Origin: Methanobacteriota archaeon
GTDB taxonomy: Archaea; Thermoplasmatota; Thermoplasmata; SG8-5; JAGLSY01
DNA: 64,000 bases
Direction of reading: 5' to 3'
NCBI GenBank assembly: GCA_020696385.1
Contig: JAEHCQ010000001.1
Coordinates: 416,001 to 480,000 of the forward strand
In this document: piece after piece, positions 27,701-38,000 of the stretch
Layout: every line of letters begins with the position of its first letter
Numbering within the stretch: the stretch's first letter is position 1
The notes under the pieces: model-generated
Database searches by the model: none
What the model saw: only the letters and a program-made list of their open reading frames with translations
What the model was told of the DNA's origin: nothing
Position numbers and translations under genes: made by a program

Positions 27701-30064
27701 ACCGAGATATCAGATTCCTATAACAATGCCCTGCCAACTGCATCTGGATCTACATCTACACTTTCCTGGCATATTGTGGATCCTGGATTGATCCCCACTC
27801 CTGGCTCCGGCACAGATCATGGTGCAGCAGCCAGTGGTAGCAAGATATGGTGGTTAGGAGATAATGCAACTGGCAACTACGATTCAGGAGAGAGAGAGAC
27901 TAGCAACCTGGTATCTCCAGTAACACACATACCTGATTCTGCCACGACAGGAATGTTCGCTTTCAGCCACTGGTTCGATGTGGAACCAGGTAATCCTGGC
28001 GCAGATATGATGACCGTGTCCATCAAGAACACGAGCGATGGTGGTTGGACACAGCTGAGATACTGGGACAGCGTCAGCACACCAGTGTCAAATTGGAGCC
28101 AAGAGATAATTGATATATCTGGCTGGCTGGGAAATGATATCCAAGTGAACTTCACTTTCGATTCGGCGGACGGTAATAACAATGACTATGCTGGCTGGCA
28201 TATAGATAATATCAGTTTCTACACCAATGATGTGTACATAGTGGTCGGTGATGTGCCAACAGGTGCTGGCTATTCGGCCTATGCAATGGACGAATATGGT
28301 AATATGAATGATATTGATGGTATAAACACTGTAGGATTCAAAGATGTGGCCGGTAGTCCGGCCCCCGCATCCTTCGTGGCAGTTGGCGGAGATCAAGGCA
28401 CCTACTGGGATGGCGAGAACTGGAACACATTGACCGGTGTGAATCCTGGAGACGATCTTAGGGGAGTGGAGTTCAATGGAACTCATTTCTTCATTGTAGG
28501 CCACGATTCAGGCGGCCAGGGTAAGGCCTTCTACATAACCCAGGATGAGCTGGATGCGGATATGTTCGCCATGCACGCCATAGCCAATCCTCCAACAGAA
28601 GGATTGAATGCAATAGAATGGCACAATGGCGTGGGATTAGGCCTTGCCTGTGCCGATGGGGCTGTATATCTTCTGAGCAGTGCCTTAACATGGCAGGAAC
28701 TAGTGGGCGTCAATGCTACAGATGACTACACTGCGGCCACATGGAACGAAGCCGGCACTAGAGCCATAATAGCAGGTAATACGCCAACAGGAAGCGTGGC
28801 CTATAACTTCTACACTGGAAATGATTATATCTCAAAGGTTCCAGATTATGATGCCATATTCTTGAACCACAAGCTTTATGGAGCCGCATACCAGCCAATA
28901 TCTGGAGTGGACGCGGAGGTCATACTGGCCGGAGCTAGTGCTTTCAAGATCACACCAAAGCTCTTCGATCAGAACTCACAAGTGTCAGTAGAGACAATTC
29001 GCCCCAATCTATTGGACATTCAATTTTACAGAACTGGTGATGGTACCAAAGCATCCAGGCTCAATACACAGGTCAATGCTGATGATACCTACACATTCTA
29101 CGCAGAGGTCAATTACAGCTCAGGGGCTGTAGACAGCCTGTTTGACGGTATCAATAACACTGCAATAGACATTGTCGCATGGCATGATGACGATGGAGGC
29201 AGTGAGCTTGCCATACCTCCAGAGGATGACGAGCACAGGACGAGGATGTTCAATGCCACATGGTATGAGGGAGATGGCGGAGGAACACCACAGAATGCCA
29301 TAATGAATTATCCAATAGCAGGCCCGGGAGGAGATGAATTCCAGATAGTTGGCTTTAACAGCGGTTCCGCAGGCGGCGATAGCTGGTGGATCGAAGTTGA
29401 GATATATTTCGGATCACAAGCCTGGGCCGCAGATGGCAATGGATTCGGCAATGGACTATCGACCAATGAAAGCGATCCCATCCAATCCTTCAATGATCCT
29501 GATTCATGGAATTTCATGGTCAACATATATGATCTGTCCATGCCAGCATCCATCAATGCCAGATATGAGGAGTTCGGGTTGTTCAGGCACACGAACATCC
29601 TCGTGGCTTCAGATCCAAGCGGAAACGCGGTTCCAGGTATGACAGATCAATCTCTTGGTGCGGGAAGCCAGATCACTTATTCCACTAACACCGACTATTT
29701 CATCAATGCTTCGATACCGAATCTTGATAGAATAGGGGGAGGAGGCAGCATACTGGCCTCCAATGTCAATGTGTCCATAAACAGTGGACTTGCTAATAAT
29801 TTGAATTCACAGATAGATGCGTCCTGGGGTCCTGCTGGAAGGGCATTCCCTGGAGCGAACATGCCACTTGGCATTTGGGGCAATGCTAGCCAAGTGGATC
29901 GGGATGTAGATGCCCCAATGAACGGAACAACGGCCCACGGGCCATGGGGTTCGGACTTCAATGGATATGGAGCGACAGTCGTGCTGTGGTATATCAGTGT
30001 ACCAGCCGCGACCGCTGAAGGAACGTACCGGGCCAAGATAACATTCACAATAGGATACTACTGA
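24713..30064 (+). CDS. array paralog 5: InhA/MAM-like domain split by three LamG domains, the third split by DUF2341
   Basis: Three G.WK.DEG...F.G.IDE..I LamG units; DIRFY...LDYWI...VWVEVP...YGNP DUF2341 motif; ends GTYRAKITFTIGYY. Confidence 0.88.
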   Translation: MNRKIVSALIIMSLLSVSFGYGLIMNAGATSFVKDIEGPDATFRDVIWKDDGTSAYVVGNDTADGVIYNYTAEDDTWNPLSSVPGDSYNAISRTGNYTWTEDVESGDNGWTSYGGQGGSIPPQIASSTLVGEWKFDEGIGQFTNETVNNNDGELLPTYPSNVPVWTSDGVSGSALYFDGIDDYVDTDFIPNTFNIHDHSISAWVYPTASVSGGVIYAVGEGSTDTTLEFKIDNLEIEVWHWSDNWYTGHTVNLNEWTHIVYTYNASMKTGYVYINGEFATSHVFSGYLNINSDGYISSQIGLGYSGRYFRGNIDEVQIYNATLSLTEISDYYNITAEKAGEWKLDEGAGINAEDTSQHSNHGALSSMDDTNWVEGIKGDALRFDGSSEFVDCGNDASLNMGHAFTIEAWVNIDTVGSYRTILSKAVDNSVGGISYALLTGTDNKMLIYLSNGITSEFEYSDTVVPTGSWHHVAVVMTDTDIKFFLDGQPDGVRPSHTVTPQVNAATVRIGTKANAPQQYFDGIIDEINIWNYSLSDSDILNSYNATTLVGDWKFDEGINGLAYDDSQYDHDGTLGPTYPANAPTWTTGVIENALQFDGVDDNINCGNDTNLNMVGELTLEAWIKPQADGWKFSKALSISGSATPLVNYQVRIDLNPGNFDFSKADPNGDDIRFYNDAGMKLDYWIGDWGGGTATVWVEVPSIPIIGTTIYMHYGNPVAVSESDHTAVLEPYTISYDIVSNAGTFGNLGSSMYLGSPVPAPGGKVFSTVKQAGMSFSTATFPIDLELQIWDGIGNPSTLEYTFSPQTVSTLGWFNSPIVNQPLTINDELFVIVHKLSGGTATGVDCASTIPSGLGRYSADGASWNSWGGNSPSVFFDGYMRSTASPEPSATIGVENAVGISKLGAYGIGVDTSSAYASINGVVIDSAITPGWNHIALTYDSALGTNHMKLYVNGSLADQANCAGGISTSINDLIIGNGDAFNGVIDEVKIYKRTLDATEISDSYNNALPTASGSTSTLSWHIVDPGLIPTPGSGTDHGAAASGSKIWWLGDNATGNYDSGERETSNLVSPVTHIPDSATTGMFAFSHWFDVEPGNPGADMMTVSIKNTSDGGWTQLRYWDSVSTPVSNWSQEIIDISGWLGNDIQVNFTFDSADGNNNDYAGWHIDNISFYTNDVYIVVGDVPTGAGYSAYAMDEYGNMNDIDGINTVGFKDVAGSPAPASFVAVGGDQGTYWDGENWNTLTGVNPGDDLRGVEFNGTHFFIVGHDSGGQGKAFYITQDELDADMFAMHAIANPPTEGLNAIEWHNGVGLGLACADGAVYLLSSALTWQELVGVNATDDYTAATWNEAGTRAIIAGNTPTGSVAYNFYTGNDYISKVPDYDAIFLNHKLYGAAYQPISGVDAEVILAGASAFKITPKLFDQNSQVSVETIRPNLLDIQFYRTGDGTKASRLNTQVNADDTYTFYAEVNYSSGAVDSLFDGINNTAIDIVAWHDDDGGSELAIPPEDDEHRTRMFNATWYEGDGGGTPQNAIMNYPIAGPGGDEFQIVGFNSGSAGGDSWWIEVEIYFGSQAWAADGNGFGNGLSTNESDPIQSFNDPDSWNFMVNIYDLSMPASINARYEEFGLFRHTNILVASDPSGNAVPGMTDQSLGAGSQITYSTNTDYFINASIPNLDRIGGGGSILASNVNVSINSGLANNLNSQIDASWGPAGRAFPGANMPLGIWGNASQVDRDVDAPMNGTTAHGPWGSDFNGYGATVVLWYISVPAATAEGTYRAKITFTIGYY

Positions 30065-30084
30065 AAATAGATGGAGGAATATAA

Positions 30085-32295
30085 ATGAAGACAAAATTCG
30101 CCGTATTGGCAATTGTGGCCGCGATGGTCTGTCTCAGCTTAGCGAACGTGTCTCCCAGCGTAGGTGCGGGAGATGTAGGTGGCGATGTGGTGCGGGAACT
30201 GCTCTCAACACCACCCGGCATAACTGTAAATGATGTAGCCTGGAACAGTGATGGGACAAGGGCACTTGTCGTTGGCTTTGATTCCAATGGCGATGGGCGA
30301 AATGCTGCATGGTATATTCCAGAACTGAATACCTGGAGCTATGTGGCCAATTACCCATATCCTGCTGGCTATACCCTGAACTCATGTGAATACAACCCCT
30401 ACAACAATATCTTCTTTGTCACGGGAGATGTACAAGGTGGCCAGTGTACCTGTTACTATATCAGTCCTGGTTCTGGTTCTATGATAAGACTGCCATCCAA
30501 TGGTGCCTACCCGACCATGGACATGAAAGATATGGCCGTAGGTGATTACGGCAATGGAGTTGCCGTCGGATTCAATGATCAGGTCTACTTCTATAAGAAC
30601 TCAGGAAGTACATGGAGTGTTCTGAATGATGCTGATGATACACTGCCATATGCAGATTATTATGATGTTGATTATGAATCTACATTCCAGCGCTTCTACA
30701 TCGTGGGAAATGCTGGCAGTTCGGCAATGATAACCTACACGGATCAAATACCGGATGGAGCTGCCATACCAGCAGCCCACTACAATTACTTGTTTGCAGA
30801 ATTGGGAAATTATCCAGAGCTTTACTCCATCGCCTGGAACAATGACCCAGACCTTCCTATTGTAGATAAATACGCCCTATTAGGCGGCAATGACGTGCTG
30901 GTAGGTATCAAGCCTTATGATCTCGGCGAACAGTTCTATCCTGGAACTAGCTATCCTAATGGATATTATGATCACATAACATGGGATGAATCTAATTGGA
31001 ATGAGGCCACTGTAATATCCAATAGAGGCGGAGTGTCCACATTATACCAGTTCATGAATTCCTCAAAAGATCTGGTATTCCTTGATTCCCTTGCTCCCGA
31101 CTACTTCACGGCAGTTGATTACAAGCCACCAGCCAGCCCCAGTTGGGGGTTCGTGGTCGGTACAATTGGCGGATACCAACTCAATACCAATGCCTTCCAT
31201 TCCGATACCACGATAACCATCAGTTCGGATATGCCACATATCTTCTCCATGGATATGTGGAAGCAAGTTGATGGTATTGGCGGAGCCTCCAAATTCAATA
31301 CACAGGTGGATGTGGACACGGTATACACTTTCGCCATCGAGGTAAATTACACAGTTGGTGGAGCCAATAAGCTCTTCGATGGAATAGATGATGTACGTAT
31401 TGTTCTGGAAGCCTATTATGACGAAGGGAGTGCCAATAGTTTTGCCGAGCCTACCTGGGCTACCCCTGATAATCGAACAAGGCAGTTCAGTTTCCTATGG
31501 GAAGAAGGTGTTGCCGGTGATTCCGTGAACATGGTCTACCCTATTCTCAGCCCTGGAACTGACGAGGTCCAGCTGGTGAATGGCTGGCGAGATCCTGCAA
31601 GCTATGGAGCTGATGGATTCAGCTATCGATTGTATTTCAATGTTTCATTCGGAGCCCAGATGCGGGCTGCCGATGGCAATGGGTTCGGCAATGGAGCCGC
31701 ATCGGAACCATGGGATGAGAGCACGGCCTTCGATGATCTGGATTCCTGGAATATCGGTATGATGATCTATGATAATCTTTACCCTGGTGCGGCCAATGCC
31801 TCATATGAGGAGTTCGGTATCTTCCAGTATTCGAACATAACAGTTTCTGGAAGTCCTTCTGGTAATGCACCACCTGGAACAGTAGACCAGGTTCTTGGAA
31901 ATCCAAGCCTGATCACAGTTTCTTCCAATATTCCGTATTATGTCAATGTCTCAGTGCCAGATCTTGCAAAGATCGGAGGTGGTCTACCTATATCCGCTAA
32001 CAATGTGAAGGTGAGGTCCACCAGCACATTAGCTTCTGATACGAACAGCATGATCAGAAATATGCAGGCATTCCCTGCAGCAAATGTAAACATCAGCGTA
32101 TGGGGAAATACCAGCCAAATTTTCAGCAACTGGATGGTAGCAGCGCCGATGAATGGAACGACGGCCCACGGGCCATGGGGTTCTGATTACAATGGTTACG
32201 CAACTACAGACCTTCTCTGGTATGTGACCATTCCTGGTGGTACTTTAGAGGGAATCTACCAGGCGACCATCACCTTCAGGATCGGATATTATTAG
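30085..32295 (+). CDS. array paralog 6: minimal 'empty chassis' member with no inserted cargo
   Basis: 736 aa; signal peptide, propeller blades and C-terminal module only; closest to paralog 1 (VGGD.V.E..S.P.G.T.ND..W). Confidence 0.85.
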   Translation: MKTKFAVLAIVAAMVCLSLANVSPSVGAGDVGGDVVRELLSTPPGITVNDVAWNSDGTRALVVGFDSNGDGRNAAWYIPELNTWSYVANYPYPAGYTLNSCEYNPYNNIFFVTGDVQGGQCTCYYISPGSGSMIRLPSNGAYPTMDMKDMAVGDYGNGVAVGFNDQVYFYKNSGSTWSVLNDADDTLPYADYYDVDYESTFQRFYIVGNAGSSAMITYTDQIPDGAAIPAAHYNYLFAELGNYPELYSIAWNNDPDLPIVDKYALLGGNDVLVGIKPYDLGEQFYPGTSYPNGYYDHITWDESNWNEATVISNRGGVSTLYQFMNSSKDLVFLDSLAPDYFTAVDYKPPASPSWGFVVGTIGGYQLNTNAFHSDTTITISSDMPHIFSMDMWKQVDGIGGASKFNTQVDVDTVYTFAIEVNYTVGGANKLFDGIDDVRIVLEAYYDEGSANSFAEPTWATPDNRTRQFSFLWEEGVAGDSVNMVYPILSPGTDEVQLVNGWRDPASYGADGFSYRLYFNVSFGAQMRAADGNGFGNGAASEPWDESTAFDDLDSWNIGMMIYDNLYPGAANASYEEFGIFQYSNITVSGSPSGNAPPGTVDQVLGNPSLITVSSNIPYYVNVSVPDLAKIGGGLPISANNVKVRSTSTLASDTNSMIRNMQAFPAANVNISVWGNTSQIFSNWMVAAPMNGTTAHGPWGSDYNGYATTDLLWYVTIPGGTLEGIYQATITFRIGYY

Positions 32296-32301
32296 GGGGA
32301 T

Positions 32302-35007
32302 ATGATGAAAAAACTGATAACAATAACATTGTGCCTCCTGATGGCATTGTCCAGCCTGGGCTTTATTACACAGAATGCGGATGCGGAGAATTCCTCACTG
32401 CCCTTCATGGATATGAGCACAGGATATCCTGGTCCGAACCAGGTTGTGGATCAGGAGCAGTTATTATCCAATAGGGGAACTGGACCAATAGGTCAAAGCT
32501 TCTCTATGGCCTTTGCTGCCCAGAGAATTACTGTTGGAATCAATGGTGAGTTGGTAGAATTTAGTGTGTACATAGAATCCTTCACTGGCTCTGGTATTGT
32601 ATACTACGATATACGAAGTGGAACATCCTCGGGGAGCTCTCTCATTGGAGGATTCCAAGGTGTATCAATATTGACCTTGACCAGCGGAACCTGGAACTCT
32701 TTCACACTCCCTGCACCACTGTCTCTTTCATCTGGCCAAATGATCTATCTTGTATTGTCAGCAGATCCAGGAACCAACTTCCACTGGAAAATGGAAGACC
32801 CTGGTCCTTATGGGGGAGGAGTTACATATGAATCAAATGATGATTCCACCTGGATATTGCTCAATGGTGGGAGTGGTGATTTCACTTTCAGAACCTACAT
32901 GGAAGTTCCTCCAGCTATTGTTCCAAGCAAAGTGGCTTGGCACAGCAATGGTGAATATGCCGTTGCTGTAACTGGCATGGATGATGAAATATGGAAGTTC
33001 ACCAGAGAAACTGGTGCCTGGTCATCTCTAGGGCATATTGCTGCCGGAGCGGTCTACACAGATATCGTATATGACGATTTCACGGATTTCTTTTACTTTG
33101 TAGGATGGAAATCCACCAATAATCCATATGTTGTCAGGTACGTTGATGGCGGTGGTTTTTCAGACTGTAATGTTCCTCAAGTTGTGGGTACGCGCCTCTA
33201 TGGCGTGGAAGTTTGTGGTGGAGTTAATGGATACCGCATACTTGTCACCGGAGAAGATGGTGGTAATGGATATGCAGCTTGGTATAATGGAGGCTGGACC
33301 GAGATAAGGGGACTGGCCGGAGGCTGGGTCGGCGGAGAGGTTGCCCAGGTAGAAGATGCTGCATGGAATAAGAGAATCAATCCAGTAACTTCCAAGCATT
33401 ATCTTGTTGGAGATGATGATGAGAATACTGGCTTTGTCTATGAACTTGATGCTCCTGGTGATACTACAGTCACACGATTATATGCGACATATGCTGATAA
33501 GATAGACCATATGAATGCCATATCATGGAATCCTGGATGGGCAGATGGAGCAGAGTACGACTATGCCATAATGGCTGGAGCCAATACTCAGGGCTGGGGA
33601 AATATATGGAAATTCGATGGCACGAACAAGCCAATAACCATATCATCGACCACAGACACATTCAATGATGTCGCCTGGACAACAGATGGCACTATGGCCG
33701 TAATCGTTGGAGAGAGTCTCAGTAGTAATGGCAAAGTATTCCATCATGGTGCCGGAACCGACCTTTTGGTTGACATGACATCGGATCTTCCTGATGGAAC
33801 TGGCACATTGTTAGGTATCGCTTACAAGGGATACACAAGCCCAAGCTCTGGCATAATAGTCGGAGCCAGTGGTGGCACCGCGACATATCCATCGGCATCG
33901 GATTCACTGACGACCATAACAGTGAATGCGGCCTTCCCTCACAACTTCGACATCGGCATGTGGAAGACCAACGATAATAGCCGCGCATCCACTCTGAACA
34001 AACAGGTGGATGTGGAGGAGACCTACACCTTCTACACCGAGGTAAATTATTCTGTCGATGGAGTGGACCAGTTCTACGATGATGGAGTGGACAATGTGGT
34101 GGTTTCCCTCACAGCATGGTACGATGAGGGAGGCATTTCCCCGATCTCGCCGGCGTCTGATGACGAGCACAGGACCGGGAGGTTCAGGGTCAGGTGGCAT
34201 GAAGGGCCAGCTCCAGGTGCGGATTTCGCTAATATGTTTTATCCCATAGGGAGCCCTGGCACCGATGAGGTTCAGCTTCACAGTGCTGGCATAGAGGCAG
34301 GTCCAGGTGACCATTACTATATCTATATCAACGTGACCCTAGGCTCTCAATTGAGGGCGGCTGACGGCGGAGGCTCGTGGAATCCCTCAGGAGACATTTG
34401 GGACAATGGGTTCACAGGTTCCTTCAATGACCTGGATAGCTGGAATTTCAGAATGCGCATCTGGGACGATACTTACGTTGGAGCCGAGAATATCACGTAT
34501 GAAGAGTTTGGTATCTTCAGATTCACAAACATCACAGTAATAGGAAACCCTGGTGGGAACGCGCCTCCAGGAGCTAGTAATATAAGCCTGGGGAACAGCC
34601 AGATAACATGCTCTGCAAATATACCGTATTATGTAAATGTCTCACTTCCAAATCTGACAAGTGGAAGTTATGAGATCGAGGCCACCAATATCGCGGCCAG
34701 TCTTATTGGATCCTATCCCGCGGGTTTTGATTATGATCCTTACACGGAGATGAACACATCATGGGGTGCTTTTGGCAGGGCGTTTTCAGGAGCGAATGAG
34801 CAGAGGATGATATGGGGCAATGCTAGCCAGGCACCTGGTAATCAGATGTTGGCTGTGCCAAAGAATGGAACCACGGCTCATGGGCCGTGGGGCTCGGATT
34901 TTATTGGATTCGGGGCGACCCAAATCCAATGGTGGGCGAGCGTACCAGCCGCTACATATGAAGGCGTGTACACGGCGACAGTGACATTTAACATAGGAGA
35001 GTTTTGA
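32302..35007 (+). CDS. array paralog 7 (subfamily D): ~150-aa N-terminal jelly-roll-like head
   Basis: ENSS...GYP-[VVDQEQ...AQ...DFTFRTY]-KVAWH; shared C-terminal module ending GVYTATVTFNIGEF. Confidence 0.85.
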   Translation: MMKKLITITLCLLMALSSLGFITQNADAENSSLPFMDMSTGYPGPNQVVDQEQLLSNRGTGPIGQSFSMAFAAQRITVGINGELVEFSVYIESFTGSGIVYYDIRSGTSSGSSLIGGFQGVSILTLTSGTWNSFTLPAPLSLSSGQMIYLVLSADPGTNFHWKMEDPGPYGGGVTYESNDDSTWILLNGGSGDFTFRTYMEVPPAIVPSKVAWHSNGEYAVAVTGMDDEIWKFTRETGAWSSLGHIAAGAVYTDIVYDDFTDFFYFVGWKSTNNPYVVRYVDGGGFSDCNVPQVVGTRLYGVEVCGGVNGYRILVTGEDGGNGYAAWYNGGWTEIRGLAGGWVGGEVAQVEDAAWNKRINPVTSKHYLVGDDDENTGFVYELDAPGDTTVTRLYATYADKIDHMNAISWNPGWADGAEYDYAIMAGANTQGWGNIWKFDGTNKPITISSTTDTFNDVAWTTDGTMAVIVGESLSSNGKVFHHGAGTDLLVDMTSDLPDGTGTLLGIAYKGYTSPSSGIIVGASGGTATYPSASDSLTTITVNAAFPHNFDIGMWKTNDNSRASTLNKQVDVEETYTFYTEVNYSVDGVDQFYDDGVDNVVVSLTAWYDEGGISPISPASDDEHRTGRFRVRWHEGPAPGADFANMFYPIGSPGTDEVQLHSAGIEAGPGDHYYIYINVTLGSQLRAADGGGSWNPSGDIWDNGFTGSFNDLDSWNFRMRIWDDTYVGAENITYEEFGIFRFTNITVIGNPGGNAPPGASNISLGNSQITCSANIPYYVNVSLPNLTSGSYEIEATNIAASLIGSYPAGFDYDPYTEMNTSWGAFGRAFSGANEQRMIWGNASQAPGNQMLAVPKNGTTAHGPWGSDFIGFGATQIQWWASVPAATYEGVYTATVTFNIGEF

Positions 35008-35008
35008 A

Positions 35009-38000
35009 ATGACTCAAAAGATAGCTAATTGGGCAAGCAAAAGAAGGACTCTGGCCGCGAGGAATTTCTCGCAGTCAGTCAGCCTTGCTATAGCTTTAGC
35101 TATCATGATAAGCTCCATATCGATGATCATTCCAACAAATGCCACTGCCTCCATATTCACAGATATCGAGGGGCCAGATGTCACATTCAAGGATGTTCTA
35201 TGGCATGAGGAACAGGATGTCGCAATAGCAGTGGGAAATGATTCTGTAGGTAATGGAGTTGCATACAGATATTCCGCAGACCAGGAACTATGGAGTGAGG
35301 TCTTGAATGTCTCAGGTGACAGTTACAATGCTGTTACCAAGACAGAACCTTACATCTGGCCAGATCTTGTAGAGAGTGGAGAGAATGGATGGACGACAAG
35401 CACATGGGATGCGGATGCCAGCATCAGCAGTCTTGTAAGCGAGTGGAAGTTCGAGGATGGGATAGGGACCAATGTGAATGATACCAGTGGAAATGGTCAT
35501 TTTGGAACTCTTGACCCCTTAATGGATAATTCCAACTGGGTAGATGGAATGAGTGGAAAGGCTCTGGAATTCCACAGTGCGGAAGCAAATGAAGAATTGA
35601 TCATACCAGATGTTGCTGGCTTGACCGAGGGATCCTTCTCTGGCGATTGCTGGGTCAACTTGACCACGCATCAAAGCTACGGCGGCATTGTGAATAAATA
35701 TGGAGGTGGGGGCTGGGGAATATGGGATCAGTCAGGCGGAGAGATCAGATTCTACCTGTATGATGGCTCAACCACCACCTCGGCAAATTCAGCCCCAATA
35801 TCCACGGGTGAATGGCATCATCTCGCCTGGAGCTATAATGAGACCTCGGGAATGATCTCCTTTTACATTGATGGAGATCTGGATTATTCTACTGCGAGCG
35901 TTAATCCTACTAGACATGTCACACCTATAGAGATAGGTAGCAGAGGAAATACCAACTGGTTAGATGGGAAGATAGACGAAGTGCGGATCTTCAATCGTGT
36001 TCTGACCTTGAAAGAGATATCCGATTATTACAATGATACCGTGTACAAGGTCGGAGAATGGAAATTGGACGAGGGGACTGGCAAGTTCACCAATGACACA
36101 GGCCCCAACAACTACATCGGAACCCTCAGACCCACCTATCCAACAAGCAATCCGCATTGGTCCGATGAAGCGATATCTGGCAAGGCCCTGTACTTCGATG
36201 GAGGGGATGACCGCGTTGAGACAGATTATCTTCCCAACACCTTCAACCTGCATGACCACACGGTCGAGGCATGGGTATATCCAACCCAGACAAAGACCAA
36301 CTCCGTTATTTATGGGATAGGTGAGCAAACCGTTAATGGTAAGATCTTAGAGTTGAAGATAGACAATGATGAAATTGAGGTCTGGCATTGGGGATGGAAT
36401 TGGTACACTGGCGTGTATGTGAATAATAATGAGTGGACCCACATTTCCTATTCTTACACGACTGCGAACAAGACCGGGTATTTATATGTCAATGGGCAAT
36501 ATCAAGGAAGCTTTGTCTTTGGCGGCTATCTGAATGTTCAGAATGATTTGAACAATCCCAGCCAGATAGGTATGAGCGTTTCAGGAAGGGTTTTCAAAGG
36601 CTACATCGATGAGGTCTCTATCTATAATTATTCAAGGCCAGGCTATCTCACGACTCGCGATTACAATGAGGATTTGTCCCACTACTACAGCTCACAGACC
36701 CTTATGGGCGACTGGAGGTTCGAAGATGGTGGTGGGGGTATCGCGACGGATGACAGTCAGTATGAAAGGGACGGAACGCTGGGCCCTTTCCCTCCCTCAA
36801 CCACACCGACCTGGACCGAAGGAAGAATTGGTGGGGGATTATACTTCGACGGGGTGAACAATGTACATACTGGCTATATACCCAACACATTCAACAACCA
36901 TGATCTCACCCTTGAAGCTTGGGTTAATCCAGATGCAGCCACTGCAGACCTTATTATCTATGGAATTGGGGATGAAAATAATCCGGGACAATGCTTCGAG
37001 ATCAAATTAAATCTAGGTGAATTAGAGGTCTGGCATTGGAATGATAATTGGGAAAATACAGGAATTTATCCTACGACCGGAGAATGGTCACACATTGCTT
37101 ATGTATATCAAAGTTCAACATGGACTGGTATGCTGTATCTTAATGGAGCTCCTGTTGGTACTTATTCATTCGCCAACCCATTGAACATTCAGGATGATTC
37201 ATATATTTCCGGACAGATAGGTGCCGGCTATCCTGACAGGTACTTCAGAGGTTACATTGACGAATTCAAGATATGGAACAGGATGCTGAATGATACCGAG
37301 ATCCTTGAATCATACAGGAGTGCTTTCACACCAGCCTGGCAGATAGTGAACCCTTCAACTTTGCCTGTTCCAGGCTCGGGAATAGACCATGGTAGTGCCA
37401 ATTCCCCCAGCAATATCTGGTGGTTCGGCCATAATGAGACCGGGAGCTATGATAATGGGGCAAAGGTATCAGGTAGCCTGATATCTCCCGCAGTTCAACT
37501 ACCCAGCATTTCACTTTGGGGAGCCATTGTCATGTCGCATTGGTTCGATATCGAGGATATTGGACCAAATGCCGATGTGATGACACTTTCCATAAAGAAC
37601 ACCACGGATTCCGATTGGTATCCTTTGAAAATCTGGGACAGTGATACCACACCGATCTCAAACTGGACTCAGGATATCATAGGTATAACACCCTGGCTAG
37701 GCAATCAGGTTCAGATCAATTTCACCTTTGACTCGATCGATGAGGATCTCAATGATTACGGTGGCTGGCATCTGGATGATATCGTATTCTACACAAGTGA
37801 AGCCTACATCGTAGTTGGAGAAATTCCCACAGGGTTAGGCTATTCCGCATATGCTGGTGACATAAGTGGATCATTCAGTCATATAGCAGGAATGAAATCG
37901 ATCAGCTTCAATGATGTGGCCGGTGGTAATATTCCAGCCACATTTGTCGCTGTTGGTGACAATGGAAAGGCCAGATACTGGAACAATGGTGCCTGGATAT

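Noticed and set aside
15746-28230. Inteins explaining the in-frame insertions
   Set aside because: No C/S...HN-C/S/T splice motifs or LAGLIDADG blocks; the inserts look like extracellular binding folds.
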